Shown: positions 28,201 to 47,574 of the stretch, piece by piece
Layout of the letters: the number at the start of each line of letters is the position of its first letter
Numbering within the stretch: position 1 is the first letter of the stretch
Assembly (NCBI GenBank): GCA_013239625.1
Contig: MU053559.1
Coordinates: 248,001 to 312,000, forward strand
Direction of reading: 5' to 3'
Origin: Lama guanicoe
Lineage: Eukaryota
DNA: 64,000 bases
Translations under genes and position numbers: made by a program
Notes under the pieces: generated by a model
Database searches by the model: none
What the model was told of the DNA's origin: nothing
Seen by the model: only the letters and a program-made list of their open reading frames with translations

Positions 28201-30096
28201 TGCAGAAAGGTTGAATTTTTAAGTCAGGCAGTGGGGCAGGGCAGACAGGCATTTGAGGAATCACAAGGAGTTTAGAGTGATTATAGATGTTGGCAAGAGC
28301 TAAGTAATGCATTGAACAAATATTTATTGCAAGTCTGTGCCAGGCAGTATTCTCAGTGTATAGGGGTACATTGGTGAGCCGGGCAGTCCCAGATCCTTGT
28401 CTTTATGGTGCTTACATCTTTGTAGAGTGTAACAAAATAAACAGTAAACATAAAGAATAAGTTAATTGAGAGGTGGTACGGATGGAAGATGTAGAGCAGG
28501 GTAAAGGGAGTGAGTAGGGCTGGGAGTTCACAATATTAAGTTGCATTGTCAGGGTCAGCCTTAGAGCAGGTGAGATTTAAGCTAAAGCTTGCAGAAGGTG
28601 AGGAAATGAGTTAAGTGCCTGTGCCAGGGAAGGCAGAGGGTCAGCAGGAGCAAAGACCCGGAGGTAAGTGCATACCTGGTGTGATTCAGGAGCAGCCCGG
28701 AGGCCAGTGTGGCTGAACAGAATGTGGTAGTAGATGGAGTTAGAAAAGTGGGGTGGGGGGAGCAGATTGGAAGGGGTTTTTGTGGGCTGTGGTAAGGACT
28801 TTGGCTTTTATTCTGAGTGAGGCAGAAGCCATGAGAGGGTTGTGAGCAGAGGAAGAATGGGATCTGACGTAGGATTTAACAGGATCCCCAGACTGCTAAG
28901 AGTAGAACAGAGTCTAGGGGGCAAAGGTGGAAGCAGGGGGACCAGCCAAAGAGAAGGCTGCTGTGGTATTCTTGGTGACTGATGATGGTTCTGGCAAAGG
29001 AGAGGGTGAGAAGGGGATAGGTTTGGATTTACTTTAAAGGTGGAGGTAACAGGTTCCCTGTCAGATTGGCTTTATAAGGATGTGAAAGGGGGTTAAGGAG
29101 CTTACCTTCATCCTGTGATCTGTTGTGTGACTAGGAATGATGGTGGCCTATGTAGAAGCTGTGTCATAGCCAGGATTCTGGTGTGGAGTGAGCCCTTTGG
29201 GGATGGGGCAGAGGAGTTGGTACTTACCTCCTTCTGGTGTTGGTACTTACCTCCTTCTCTCCCACCACAGCCCCGGAAAGCCAGCGCCACATGCAGTTCT
29301 GCCACTGCAGCAGCCTCCAGTGGTCTAGAGGAGTGGACCAGCCGGTCCCCGCGGCAGCGGAGTTCAGCCTCATCTCCTGAGCACCCTGAGCTGCATGCCG
29401 AGCTGGGCATCAAGCCCCCTTCCCCAGGCACTGTCTTAGCTCTTGCCAAACCTCCTTCACCCTGTGCACCAGGTCAGTGACTCGCTGGCAGGGAGTGTGC
29501 AGGGGTTAGGAGGTCCTGCCTAGGTCCTGGGCCCTGCCTCTGACTCTCCATCTGCCCCAGGTACAAGCAGCCAGTTCTCGACAGGGGCCGACCGGGCTAC
29601 TTCCCCCCTTGTGTCCCTCTACCCTGCTCTGGAGTGCCGGGCCCTCATTCAGCAGATGTCCCCTTCTGCCTTTGGTAAGCCTCCTCTGTCTAGGGGCCAG
29701 GGACCAGCTGGGAGTTGGGGAGAGATGGAAGAAGCAGAAAGTCCTGAGAGGGAGCTTCTGGAGCCTCTGGCCATCTCCCAGGGAAAGAGACTTTCAGGCT
29801 CAAGGGTCTGTCCCAGAGGGGCTCTGAGTGGGGTGATGTGGGCCCAGAGGAGCCTTTTCCTTGGAGAAAGGAATGAGACCCCTGGATGGGATCTCTCCAG
29901 AGCCAGGGGTCAGTGAAGGTCAAGAAGGCAGGCTGAGAGTGCTCTGTCATCCTTTTTCCCTTCTTGCCCAGCAGGTCTGAACGACTGGGATGATGATGAG
30001 ATCCTAGCTTCGGTGCTGGCAGTGTCCCAACAGGAATACCTAGACAGTATGAAGAAAAACAAAGTGCACAGAGACCCACCCCCAGACAAGAGTTGA
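6644..30096 (+). CDS. OTUD5: OTU deubiquitinase 5 (DUBA), 9 coding exons, 566 aa (571 aa with alternative donor)
   Basis: Exons 6644-7237, 16104-16197, 23771-23835, 23923-24079 (or 24094), 24175-24323, 27560-27763, 29271-29472, 29561-29674, 29975-30096 sum to 1701 nt. Starts [16 protein letters not shown]; contains YNSEDEY, the catalytic DGACLFRA and HYNSV motifs, and a C-terminal [19 protein letters not shown]. Confidence 0.97.
10985..11375 (-). mobile_element. L1 3'-end fragment containing a (CAT)n tract
   Basis: 'tttattgagatataattcacac...gcccctggcaaccactaatctact...atttcacataaatggaatcatacag'; (CAT)7 near 11141-11161. Confidence 0.75.
11910..12375. mobile_element. MaLR (MLT-type) LTR
   Basis: 'ggctgctgtgacaaattacc...aaatttattttctcatagttctggaggccagaagtcc...cagcttctggtggctgcc...gtaacatttacaggttccagggattagg'. 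Confidence 0.7.
14830..15170 (-). mobile_element. L1 3'-end fragment
   Basis: 'tttagagcagttttacgttcacagcaaaattgagcagaagg...tacattagggttcactcttggtgttgtaca'. Confidence 0.7.
25015..26880 (-). mobile_element. Nested old L1M fragments in OTUD5 intron 5
   Basis: AT-rich L1M-type text: 'tagatttacagaaaaattgag...acagagttcccatatacc', 'gaatgtcatataattggaatcatacaatatg', 'gttgagcatctttttgtgtgcttac'. Confidence 0.65.
28300..29110. mobile_element. LINE-2-like fragment
   Basis: 'aacaaatatttattgcaagtctgtgccaggca', 'ggtaaggactttggcttttattctgagtga'. Confidence 0.6.
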
Positions 30097-31024
30097 TGGA
30101 GACCCAGAGACTGGAGACCGTCTCCCAACCCCCACCACTCCTGCCCTCTGGTGCCACCCTACCTTCTTTGGCTTTCTTCTCTCTTGCCTTCTTCCTTCTT
30201 CCCTCTCTCCCCTCCTTTCCTTCCCCACTTCCCTCTGGCTGGCCCACCCTTGCGCGCCCTCTCATCGCTGCCACCACCACCATCACCTGTCTCTTCGCCA
30301 GCTGATGTGCCCTCTTGCCCCCTGCACAGCACCATCCCTGCATTCCACAGGGGACTCGGGCAAGGGTGCTGAAGGTAGGCGAGAGGCACACAGAGACAAA
30401 CCAACTGGCAGCCAGGCAGCCCCTTAAGACAGACATTCAGACAGAGGGAAGTCTCCCTGCCCCCAATTCTTTCCAAGATCAGAAAATTGTCACCCCACCT
30501 CCACAGTGATGCCAGGGAGGTGGGAGGAAGAAGTGGGAATATCCCCTTCCCAGTACCCCCAAGAATGTCTGAGCCTTCAATGTTGAATTTTTCTTTATCA
30601 AAATGTACTTTTATCTTATAAAATCATTCAATCAAAAAGTGATGTAGACAACAGTATTGGCTCTATGAAGGTGGCATCTCTGGTTTGGGGGCAGGCAGGC
30701 CACGGGGCACAGAGGGGGCACAAAGATGTGTTTGTTGTCCCTGGCCTCCAGCTCTGTGGAGGTGGGCAGGGTCTAGGGCGTGAGCCGGGGATGGGGACGA
30801 GGGGGGCAGGTGTCAAGTGGGCTTTTTTGGACAATGAGACTGACCTCGCTGCATTCCTTATGCTTCCACCACCACCACTAGTCTTTTTCGGGGTGGGGGG
30901 CACCTTTGAGGATCATGGCCGCCGCCCAGGATTTGAGTGTGGGGAGTGGGAGCAGCCTCAGCAGATGGGGCACCCGTGCCCTGCAGGTGTCGACAAGATC
31001 CGCCATCTGTAATGTCCTTGGCAC

Positions 31025-31030
31025 AATAAA
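31025..31030 (+). terminator. OTUD5: OTUD5 polyadenylation signal AATAAA
   Basis: AATAAA about 930 nt after the stop, followed by a GT-rich element 'ctgttctgtgtg'. Confidence 0.7.
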
Positions 31031-33339
31031 ACCAAATGTCAGTTTCCCCTGAGCGCCTCTGTTCTGTGTGGGGCAGGGGGTGGGTGGGCCTCTGGACAGA
31101 GGCGGTGATGGCACAGGCCTTGGCTTGACCTCTGGGGGCCGCATGTTCTCCAGTAGGGTCTGTGTAGGGGCCCAGAGTTTGTTCATATTTGATTCACTGC
31201 TTACTAAAGTACCTTCTGGACATGTTACCACCAAGAAAGCTCTGTCTTTGCCCGCTGTCCCTGCCTCGGTATTGGCACAGGATATAGCCTGCCCACCCTA
31301 TTTCCTGGGGTGTAATGGGAGCAGAGAACTGTGAGCTTGAGGGCAGGGACTGAACTTCCAACTCCTCTGACTGCCTCTTGCCCCGTATGTTTTTGCTCGC
31401 TCTTTGTGATTGTTTGATGAGGAAATGCTTTAAACAGGCACAATGGTTTCTTATTAGAAACATGAGTTTAGTGGAAGTGACCAGAGGGGACCCCCTCACT
31501 GGGTTTTAGAAGCTAGGGAACAGCTAAACCCTTTTTTGTTCACATTCCCCAGTTCTGTTGATAACTTCTGTCCCTGCCCTTCCTAGGGGTAAAGCCCAGG
31601 TTTTGTCAGTTGTCTTTTTTGATGTCCCTCAATAATGGGGTACCCCTGTGGAAGAGTGTGTGTCCAGTTCCACAGGTGAGGGTGTGGCTGTCTGCAGGGT
31701 GTCTCTGGAATCCTCTGGTCAAGCACGTGTATGTTGGAGAGTTGGCTTGAAATCTTGTCTTTTTCTAACTGTGACTCACAACACAGGCTCTCAGTTTCAA
31801 GTGTCCCATGTACTACCTCACGCTCTCTCTGGCTGTGAGCATTGAGAGAGAGTGCATATGGTCAACATAATGTATGATGGCACGGTGCCTGGCACATCCT
31901 GAGAGCTCAAATGTTAGCCGGTATTATTTATTATCCTGATGTTGAAGTTTCTGCACCATTTGGCCCCTGTCTACTTCATCCAGCTGCTCTGTCTAGTTTC
32001 CTTGGCCTTTGCCTGGAATTTGGTCTTCCCCTGTCCCAAGCCTCCAACCTTGTCTTTCAAGATGGGTAGAGGGTCTCCTTCTGAGAAGCCCCGTGTGACC
32101 CATTTATATTCTCACCTCTATCTACAAATATGTCTTTAGTCCCTCCCCGGTAACTGTACTATGAGCTTCCTGGGCAAGGGCTATGATGCCTGACTTATCT
32201 GTGTATCTCTTAATATCTGCACCCCCTCTAGGGCCTGGCAGGCTTACAGTAGACCCCTAATAAATGTTGGATGAATAAGGGAGCGTACATGTGTATATTT
32301 GCTTTTTGGGTGTGTGTTGGGGGGTGTGCGCGTGCACATGTGAGAGACTGCGGTGAGTCCCAAGTCTTCATGCGCATCTCACAGAGTGTCTTTCTCTAGT
32401 CGTTTGTGTGAGACGAGGGCTTGTTTCCAGGTGTGTCAGATGGTGACTGAGTGTGGGACTCTATCTCTGACAGTCTGTGTCTGTTTCTGAGACAAGTGCA
32501 TGTCTGCGTGGGTCTGTCTGTGACAGTGCATCTGTGGTTTCTTTCTGATGGGATGGATGTCCGCTTGTATTCCTGTGACAGATTCTGGGTAGCTATTTCT
32601 GGACAGTTACAGCAACAATGCTGCATGTCTGCTGTGTTATGTATCTGTGACTGGGTCTATCCATGTCTGTTTTTGTGGCACTGCCTATCTGTGGCTCTAT
32701 CACCTAAGTGTATGTCTGCCTTTGGAGCAGTGCATGTGTGTCTCTGGAGCATCTGTGTGTCTTCCTGTGACAGACTCTGGGTCTCTCATTTCTCAGTACA
32801 AGTCCTTCTGTGACAGTGCATGTCTGATGGTGCCAGTATCTTTGTGACAAGTTTTGGCGGTGTGTCAACATTTCTGTGTCCTTGTCACATGGCAGTGTAG
32901 GTCTGTGAATCTCTGGAGTGCCAGTGTGTCTCTGGGACATAACTCTCTTTCTGGCAGACTGCCTGCCTGACAGTGAATGTCAGTCTCTGTGTGACAGTGC
33001 ATGTCTGCATGTGTGTCTAGGACAAAATCACGTGAATGTGGTGGTACACGTTTGTGTATTTCTCTCATGGTACTTCTGTGTGTGTCTTTGGAGTGCATGT
33101 CTCTTTCTGCAGCACGAGGCCTGTTTTTTCCCCAGATTTGTGCCTGAGGTATTTTACCACCTCTCCGAGCTCCCTCAGTCCCTCTCTCTCATCTGGAAGC
33201 ACCCCCTCCTCCAGCCACCACCACTCTGGCTTGCTCCTATACCGAAGAACCACCTCCCCACCTCCCGCCATTCCAGATTCTAGACCTGCTGACTGGGCTC
33301 ACAGCCAGGTCTAGCCAAGTCTGTCTAGGTTAAGGGCCC

Positions 33340-34640
33340 CCAAAACACCCTACAGGCCGTGGCCTCCGGGTTTGGGAACGCCGCTTTTGACCAGTGCTTT
33401 CCCCGCGGTGGTGGTCAGGGAGGTTAGCCACCCCCCCGACGGCTGAGCAGGTTCTTGCAGGATCCTTGGTTTCCGGACGGAGGCCGCCAGTTGCCTGGAG
33501 GACTCGTACTGGTATGAGGAGCACCCTTCGGAGACAGGGTCCTGGATAGCCACAGGCCCGGATTCTTAGAAGCCAGGCCTGGCGTTATCTCCGCGCTAAT
33601 CTCGAAGCAGCGGAAGTAAGCCAACTTCCTAGGCGGTGCAGGTTTTTTTTAAGTTTATATATGCATATACACACATATATAAAAACAACCCCGAGCAACA
33701 ACCAAAACAAAAACGCGGTTGCTGCAAGAGGGATTCCCATAACCAGTTTCCTCTTCGCGCGCGCCCTCCTTATTTGCATGCAGACCCCGCCCCCGCGGAA
33801 GATTCGGGCATTTATTTGCATAAGGGGGTACTTGAAACGTTGAGGGTGGTATGCAAATAAGGACGGGCTCCGATTGGCTGGGGTACAGCAGGTGCCGCGT
33901 CCGGATGGGCGGGGCCGTCGCCCGGGGCGACTCTCTCGGGAGGCGCGTGCCCCGTCTCAGTAGCGTCGGGGCTGGCGCGCGCGGCGAATCTTAACATTGC
34001 GCTGTTTGCCGGCGCTTCTGGGCCACCAATTTCCTCACCTTCCACCCTGGCGCCCCCCAGTCCTGGCTCCCCGGCCTCGCTACCCCGGGCGTCCACGCCC
34101 TGTGGGCTAAGCGGGCTCAATCTACGCAGCTCCTCCTCCATGTTGACTAAGCCTCTTCAGGGGCTCCCAGTGGCCCCCATGACCCCCACGCCGCCACCAG
34201 GTGAGAGAGGCTCCGCTACCGCGACCAGGCCGGGCGGGCTGAAGTGGTTGAGGGCGGCGCGGGGGGAGGGAGAGGGGGTCGCGGCCGCCTCAGCACGCCA
34301 CCACCCTGACTTCCTCGCCTCCGCCTGCGTAGGAGGCAAGGATCGGGAAGCGTTCGAGGCCGAGTACCGACTCGGCCCCCTCCTGGGTAAAGGGGGCTTC
34401 GGCACCGTCTTCGCAGGACATCGCGTCACAGACCGACTCCAGGTATCCACCACAAGGGTCTTGGGACGGCCAGTTGTGTGTGTGGCGGGGGTAGGAGTCC
34501 CAGGGCTGGGATGCTAATTGACGAGGGAATGAGCCTACAATGTGCGTGTGGTAGGGTCATGAGGACCAGGATCCGGGTTGCTGGGGGTGTCTGAGGGAGC
34601 GGGCGCGCGCGCGCGCTCGCGCGCGCGCGTGTGACGGTCC
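33340..34640 (+). promoter_or_regulatory. PIM2: PIM2 CpG-island promoter with GAS, kB-like and three octamer motifs
   Basis: TTCTTAGAA at 33563-33571, GGGATTCCC at 33730-33738, ATTTGCAT at 33772-33779 and 33814-33821, ATGCAAAT at 33851-33858, ATTGG near 33873, GC boxes. Confidence 0.75.
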
Positions 34641-37600
34641 AGGTGGGTATGTGAGGGAGAAGGGGGTTTCAGGGCAACGATTCCGGAGGTCCTGTGTGTG
34701 AGACTAAGGCGGGGGGGTGGTCATGAGGACTATAGACCTTGGGATCCAGGGGAGTATATATGTGTGAGAACGTAGGGACCCAGAGCTGAGATTTGGGAGA
34801 TTTTGGAGGCAGGTGTCCAGGGTGGGTTGTGAGGACCAGAACCTCACTGGTACAGATTTGGGGTGTCCTGGGGCTGGATGGGAAGATCGGGAGCTTGAGG
34901 TGTTAGAAAATTCAGAACCCAATACCTGAAGTGAGGAATCCTGAAGCCTGAGAAGGGAGAACCCGAGCCAAAGATGGTGGGAGAGGTCTACTTGGTTCTG
35001 GGGACTTGGAGGGCAGGGGAGAAGCTCCAGCTAATTTTTGGGTTGTGGTGTGGGGTGGTTGGGTCCAGACTGGGAGGGGTCTGGGGGTCATCTGCTGGCC
35101 CCCTCACCTCAGCCCGCCTCTTCAGGTGGCCATCAAGGTGATCCCCCGGAATCGTGTGCTGGGCTGGTCCCCCTTGGTGAGTATCTTTGGAGTCCTTTTT
35201 GACCTGGCGACGCCATCTCTGATGATGGATTTCGCCTTTCTATGGTTTGTATGGCTCCCTGGGCCCTGTAACGGTGAGAAGAACACTCCTACCAGCCCAT
35301 GTTTACTCCCCTGTGGTGACATCCACACCTCCATACAGTTCTGACTCACCCCAGTTCCCCCAGAGCCCTGGATTCTCCCCTCCCACCCTCCTTTCTCATC
35401 CTCCCTCCAAACACTGCCTCAGGGGCTGCCCGCAGGGCATGCTGGTGAGGAAAGAGGGGCAGAGGTCACTGGTTGCCATGGTGACGGTGGCTGCTTCTCT
35501 TCTGCCGTTAGAGCGCTAACGGACAACAGGGCGGGTCTGGGCAAGTTGTAGGGGCGGGAGCGCCCCCTGGCGGGCTCTGGGGAGACTGCGCCTGCGCAGG
35601 TTGTGGGACCCAGAGGGAGAAGGTGCGCCTGCGCAGTACCGGAATTTTCATCACCGTGAGAAAACCTGTCCGCAGCTGTGCTAGTCCTCGGACTCGCCGG
35701 TAGAGGGCTCTAATCTCAGACAGGAGGCTGCTTCTGGCAGGCCCTGTGCCCATGCAGGGCTTCTAAAGTGGGACGGGTTTTGTGGCCAGTAACATTTATG
35801 CCTTTCATTGAACACCGACTGTATGCCACAGACCTTGCTTTATCATAAAAGCTTATTGTGTTCCAAGCCCCACTGAGTACTTCATTCAACACAGTTCTAG
35901 GTGCTTGGTGACAGGGACGAAATTATCACATGATAACGTTATTTAGTTCTTTGTGCCAGTTCCTTTGCAATTAATTACTTCTAGCTATTTAGCAAATGTA
36001 TATTGAGCACTTAGAATGTGCCAGGCACAATTCTTGGCACTTGGCAAAATATTACATTTATTGAGAGCTCTTTTTATGCTAGTCCTTTTCTACTGATTGC
36101 TTTCATCTGCTTAACAAATATGTATTGAACCTTACCCTGTTACCAGGCATTGTTTTAGTGCTTGAGCTATGTCGGCGAACAAAACAAACCATTACACAAT
36201 AATAGTATTTATTGAGTGCTAAGTCTGTGTGAGACCCTGTGCTATAAAGTGCTTTCATCTATTTAACATTTATTCACACCTACTATGTGTAAGGCACTAG
36301 TCTAATTTCTTTTAGATGTCAGTGAACAAAACAGATAAATTATTACATAATAGTGTTCATCAGTTGCTTCTTCTGCTGAAGGCCTTTTGTTAAGAACCAC
36401 TTCCATTTATTCTTTAAATATTTACTGAGCTCCTATTACTTGGCAGATGTGTATAGGCTTTTGGCTTGAATCACCTTTCCAATGACTGTGAGAGTTTGAG
36501 CCCTTAAGATGAGGAAACGGGGAGGGTATAGCTCAAGTGGTAGAGCACATGCTTAGCATGCAGGAGGTCCTGGGTTCAGTCCCCTAATTACCTCCCCCAC
36601 AAAAATAAATAAAATTTTTTAAAAAGGTGAGGAAACAGGCCCAGAGAAGGAGGTGGATTGCTCAAGGTCACACAGTCAGGAGGCTGAAGGGGGACTATGA
36701 TTTAAGTTCAGGTGGGAAGTCAAAAGTTGCCAGCCTGACGTCTGTGTTCTCTTTTCTCTCCCTGCTTCCCCTAACAGTCAGACTCAGGCACATGCCCACT
36801 GGAAGTGGCACTGCTATGGAAGGTGGGTGCAGGTGGTGGACACCCTGGTGTGATCCGCCTGCTTGACTGGTTTGAGACACCCGAGGGCTTCATGCTGGTC
36901 CTTGAGCGGCCTCTGCCCGCCCAGGATCTCTTTGACTACATCACAGAGCAGGGCCCGTTGGGCGAAGGTCGAAGCCGCTGCCTCTTTGCCCAGGTAGTGG
37001 CAGCTGTTCGACACTGCCATGCCCGTGGAGTTGTCCATCGTGACATCAAGGATGAGAACATCCTGATGGACCTCCGCCGGGGCTGTGCCAAACTCATCGA
37101 TTTTGGTTCTGGCGCCCTGCTTCACGATGAACCCTACACTGACTTTGATGGTAAGGCTTTCCTAAATCTCTGTGGAGAGATTTCACCATTTGCCTTTTTG
37201 GCCTCTTGATCTTTGGCCCCCAGAGGTGAGGTATCCTGTAACCCTTGATCTATAGTGCACCTCTATAAGGTTCTTGGTTTTTAATATTAGACTTTCAAGC
37301 CTTGCCCTCTAATAGAGTCCCATCAGTAAAGTCCATCTTCTGACAGTACCCTGATCTTGTTTTGGGATCTTATTCTGTTGAGGGGATCTTACTATTATCC
37401 TGAGTCTTCTTTTTTTGGTAGTTTTTACCAAAACTATAACCTACTATAACTTTTAAGTGCTTTTACTTTGTTGAGGGGACTCTGCTGTTATCTTAAGTGC
37501 TCTTTTTCTGGTGGTGAGACCCTGCTGTTATATTTAAAGAGCTTCTATTCTGGTTGAGGGGACTCTTATATAGTGAGTTTGCTTCATCCTAGTGAAGGGA

Positions 37601-38114
37601 CCACATTTCCTGGGGAGGGTAGGGTGGGAGAAGGGCATTATCAGAGAATGCTCTAACCTCTGGCTTGCATGCAGGGACACGGGTGTACAGCCCCCCAGAG
37701 TGGATCTCTCGTCACCAGTACCATGCACTCCCAGCCACTGTCTGGTCACTGGGTATTCTCCTGTATGACATGGTATGTGGGGACATTCCCTTTGAGAGAG
37801 ATCAGGAGATTCTGGAGGCTGAGCTCCACTTCCCTGCCCATGTCTCGCCAGGTAAGCCTCTCACTGGCTCTAGACCACCAGTCTCCATCCCTCCAGGGAC
37901 CAGTACCCCAAGTGACTGCTAATCTCCTGTGTGCTTCTGATCTGCAGATTGTTGTGCCCTAATCCGCCGGTGCCTGGCTCCCAAACCCTCTGCCCGACCC
38001 TCACTGGAGGAGATTCTGCTGGACCCGTGGATGCAGACACCACCAGCGGAGGATGCACCCCTCAATACCCCCAAAGGGGGTTCCACCCCTTTGGCTTGGT
38101 CCCTACTGCCCTAG
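34140..38114 (+). CDS. PIM2: Pim-2 Ser/Thr kinase, 6 exons, 312 aa from the ATG
   Basis: Exons 34140-34200, 34333-34442, 35126-35176, 36778-37150, 37675-37851, 37948-38114 sum to 939 nt. Motifs [12 protein letters not shown], the Pim hinge [17 protein letters not shown] and [10 protein letters not shown]; ends LAWSLLP*. Confidence 0.97.
36519..36624 (+). mobile_element. tRNA-derived SINE (Vic-1-like) with TSD, inserted in a MIR
   Basis: 'ggggagggtatagctcaagtggtagagcacatgcttagcatgcaggaggtcctgggttcagtcccc' plus an A-rich tail; flanked by 'aagatgaggaaac' and 'aaggtgaggaaac'. Confidence 0.8.
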
Positions 38115-39043
38115 TCCTGGCCAGGGTCCCCACTAGTTGGAATAGCCATCCCATGGTTATGGTCATGCCACAGGGATAGATGGGTATCTGTTGATCTGGT
38201 TTTACAGGTCATTAAAAATCCAGTGTTAACTAGGGTCAGAGATTGGGGATCAGGGGTCAGAAGACATAAGCCAAGTTTTCCCAGTCCCCATCCCAATCCT
38301 GTTAAGGAGCCTTCCTCCCAGAACGTATGCTCTCTTATTCTGGAGGGGGTCCTTCCTTGCTTCTCATTTTGCTAAGGATGTTTATTTGGTTGAAGTTATT
38401 TCCATTCTGAGCCCCCAGGACTCTTATTCTGATGAGTAGTAACCCCATATACTGGCATCTCCTGCTGCCACCACACAAACTTAGTTCAAATGCTCTTAAC
38501 TTGGGCAAGGGTGCTTTCCTTCCAATACCCCACCCAGCAGCTCTTATTTTAGCAAAGGAACCCTTTCCCATAGCCTAGGGTCCCATATTCAGTCAAGCTG
38601 CTTGCCTACCTCAGCCCAGGATTGCTTGTTCTGGGAGAGGTAATGCCCTATTGTTATCCCAGGGCTCTTTTTACTTTCCTTTATTCTTTTTTTTTTTTTT
38701 TTGGTGAGGGGACCTACTCTGTTATCCCAAGTGCTCTTATTCTGGTGAGGAGAACCCTACTTTAATTATTTGGGAAGGAATGGGAGATGGACACTACTAG
38801 AGTCCACTAGGATGGGGTGGATTTTGGGGGGGGGCTGGGGGGAAATAAGTCTTATTGTTTGTTCTCCTGGGGCCCCACCCTCTCCCTTTTTTGGATTCTT
38901 GCTGCCTCCTTCTGAGCCAGGATTGTCCAGTTGCTGAAATGTAAATACTTATGTATTGGGGAGGGGAGCTCCAACTGTATCTTCCTCTCCCTCCTTCCCC
39001 TGCCTGGATTATTTAAAAAGCCATGTGTGGAAACCCACTATTT

Positions 39044-39049
39044 AATAAA
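39044..39049 (+). terminator. PIM2: PIM2 polyadenylation signal AATAAA
   Basis: 'tttaataaacg' about 930 nt after the stop codon. Confidence 0.7.
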
Positions 39050-39839
39050 CGTAATAGAATCAGAAGCGACTGGCCATTTGTAGATGCAGTGAGGCATTCG
39101 TGGAGCATCTATTGAATGCTAAGCCAAGAGGGAGAGGGATTGGATTTCAACTCTGCCCACAGGAAGCCTGTCTCGTGGTGCCATCCTAAAGATCTCTTAC
39201 GGGTTCGTTTAAGCAGGACCACAAAGAAAAACTGTTGATTTTGCCATCAGCTCTTCTGTAGCACCCAGTATGTGCAGGAGTGCTTATTTGGAGATGCTGT
39301 AGACCTTGAAGATGTCTGGGACACACCTGAAATCAAAGATGGTCAGCTCAGAGGCAGAAAAAAATACTGCTTCTGTCCTCCAACCCCAGGGGAGAAGAAA
39401 AGCCATTTCAGGGCACTGGTGAGGGCACGATAGGGGTTGAGCGCTGACATGGCATCTTCCTGGCCCTTCCTTGTATTCTAATAACTTCCAGGGTGTAGTC
39501 ACCTGTTTTGCCCCTACCTTTTCACTTCTCCCTTGTCTTCTTACCTGCTCATCCCTCTCATCTCTACTTCTCAACTCCTGACTTACCTGCCCTGCCCTAT
39601 TCTATCTTGGCTTCCCTTGTCCCGACCTCAGCTGTACCCTCTCTTGCCTTGCTTTCGAAAGCTAACCTGGTAAGCCTCTTGCCTGCTGTCTTAGCTGTCC
39701 CCTTCTCACTTTTCCATCTTCAAAGGTGACTCCTGTTTCAACTCTCTGGTGCCTTTTCACCAGTATATGTTCAACTACCCTGCATACCTTCCTGACCCTC
39801 ACCTGCCCCGCCCTCTCAAAAGTCTCACTACCCTTTAAG

Positions 39840-47574
<7,735 letters not shown>

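Noticed and set aside
29690..30436. 248-aa antisense ORF over the OTUD5 last exon and UTR
   Set aside because: Low-complexity purine-rich shadow ORF with no homology evident.
36519..36590. tRNA gene-like sequences (also at 55100, 60611 and 63247)
   Set aside because: A/B boxes are followed by A-rich tails, and a TSD in one case, so these are SINEs rather than tRNA genes.
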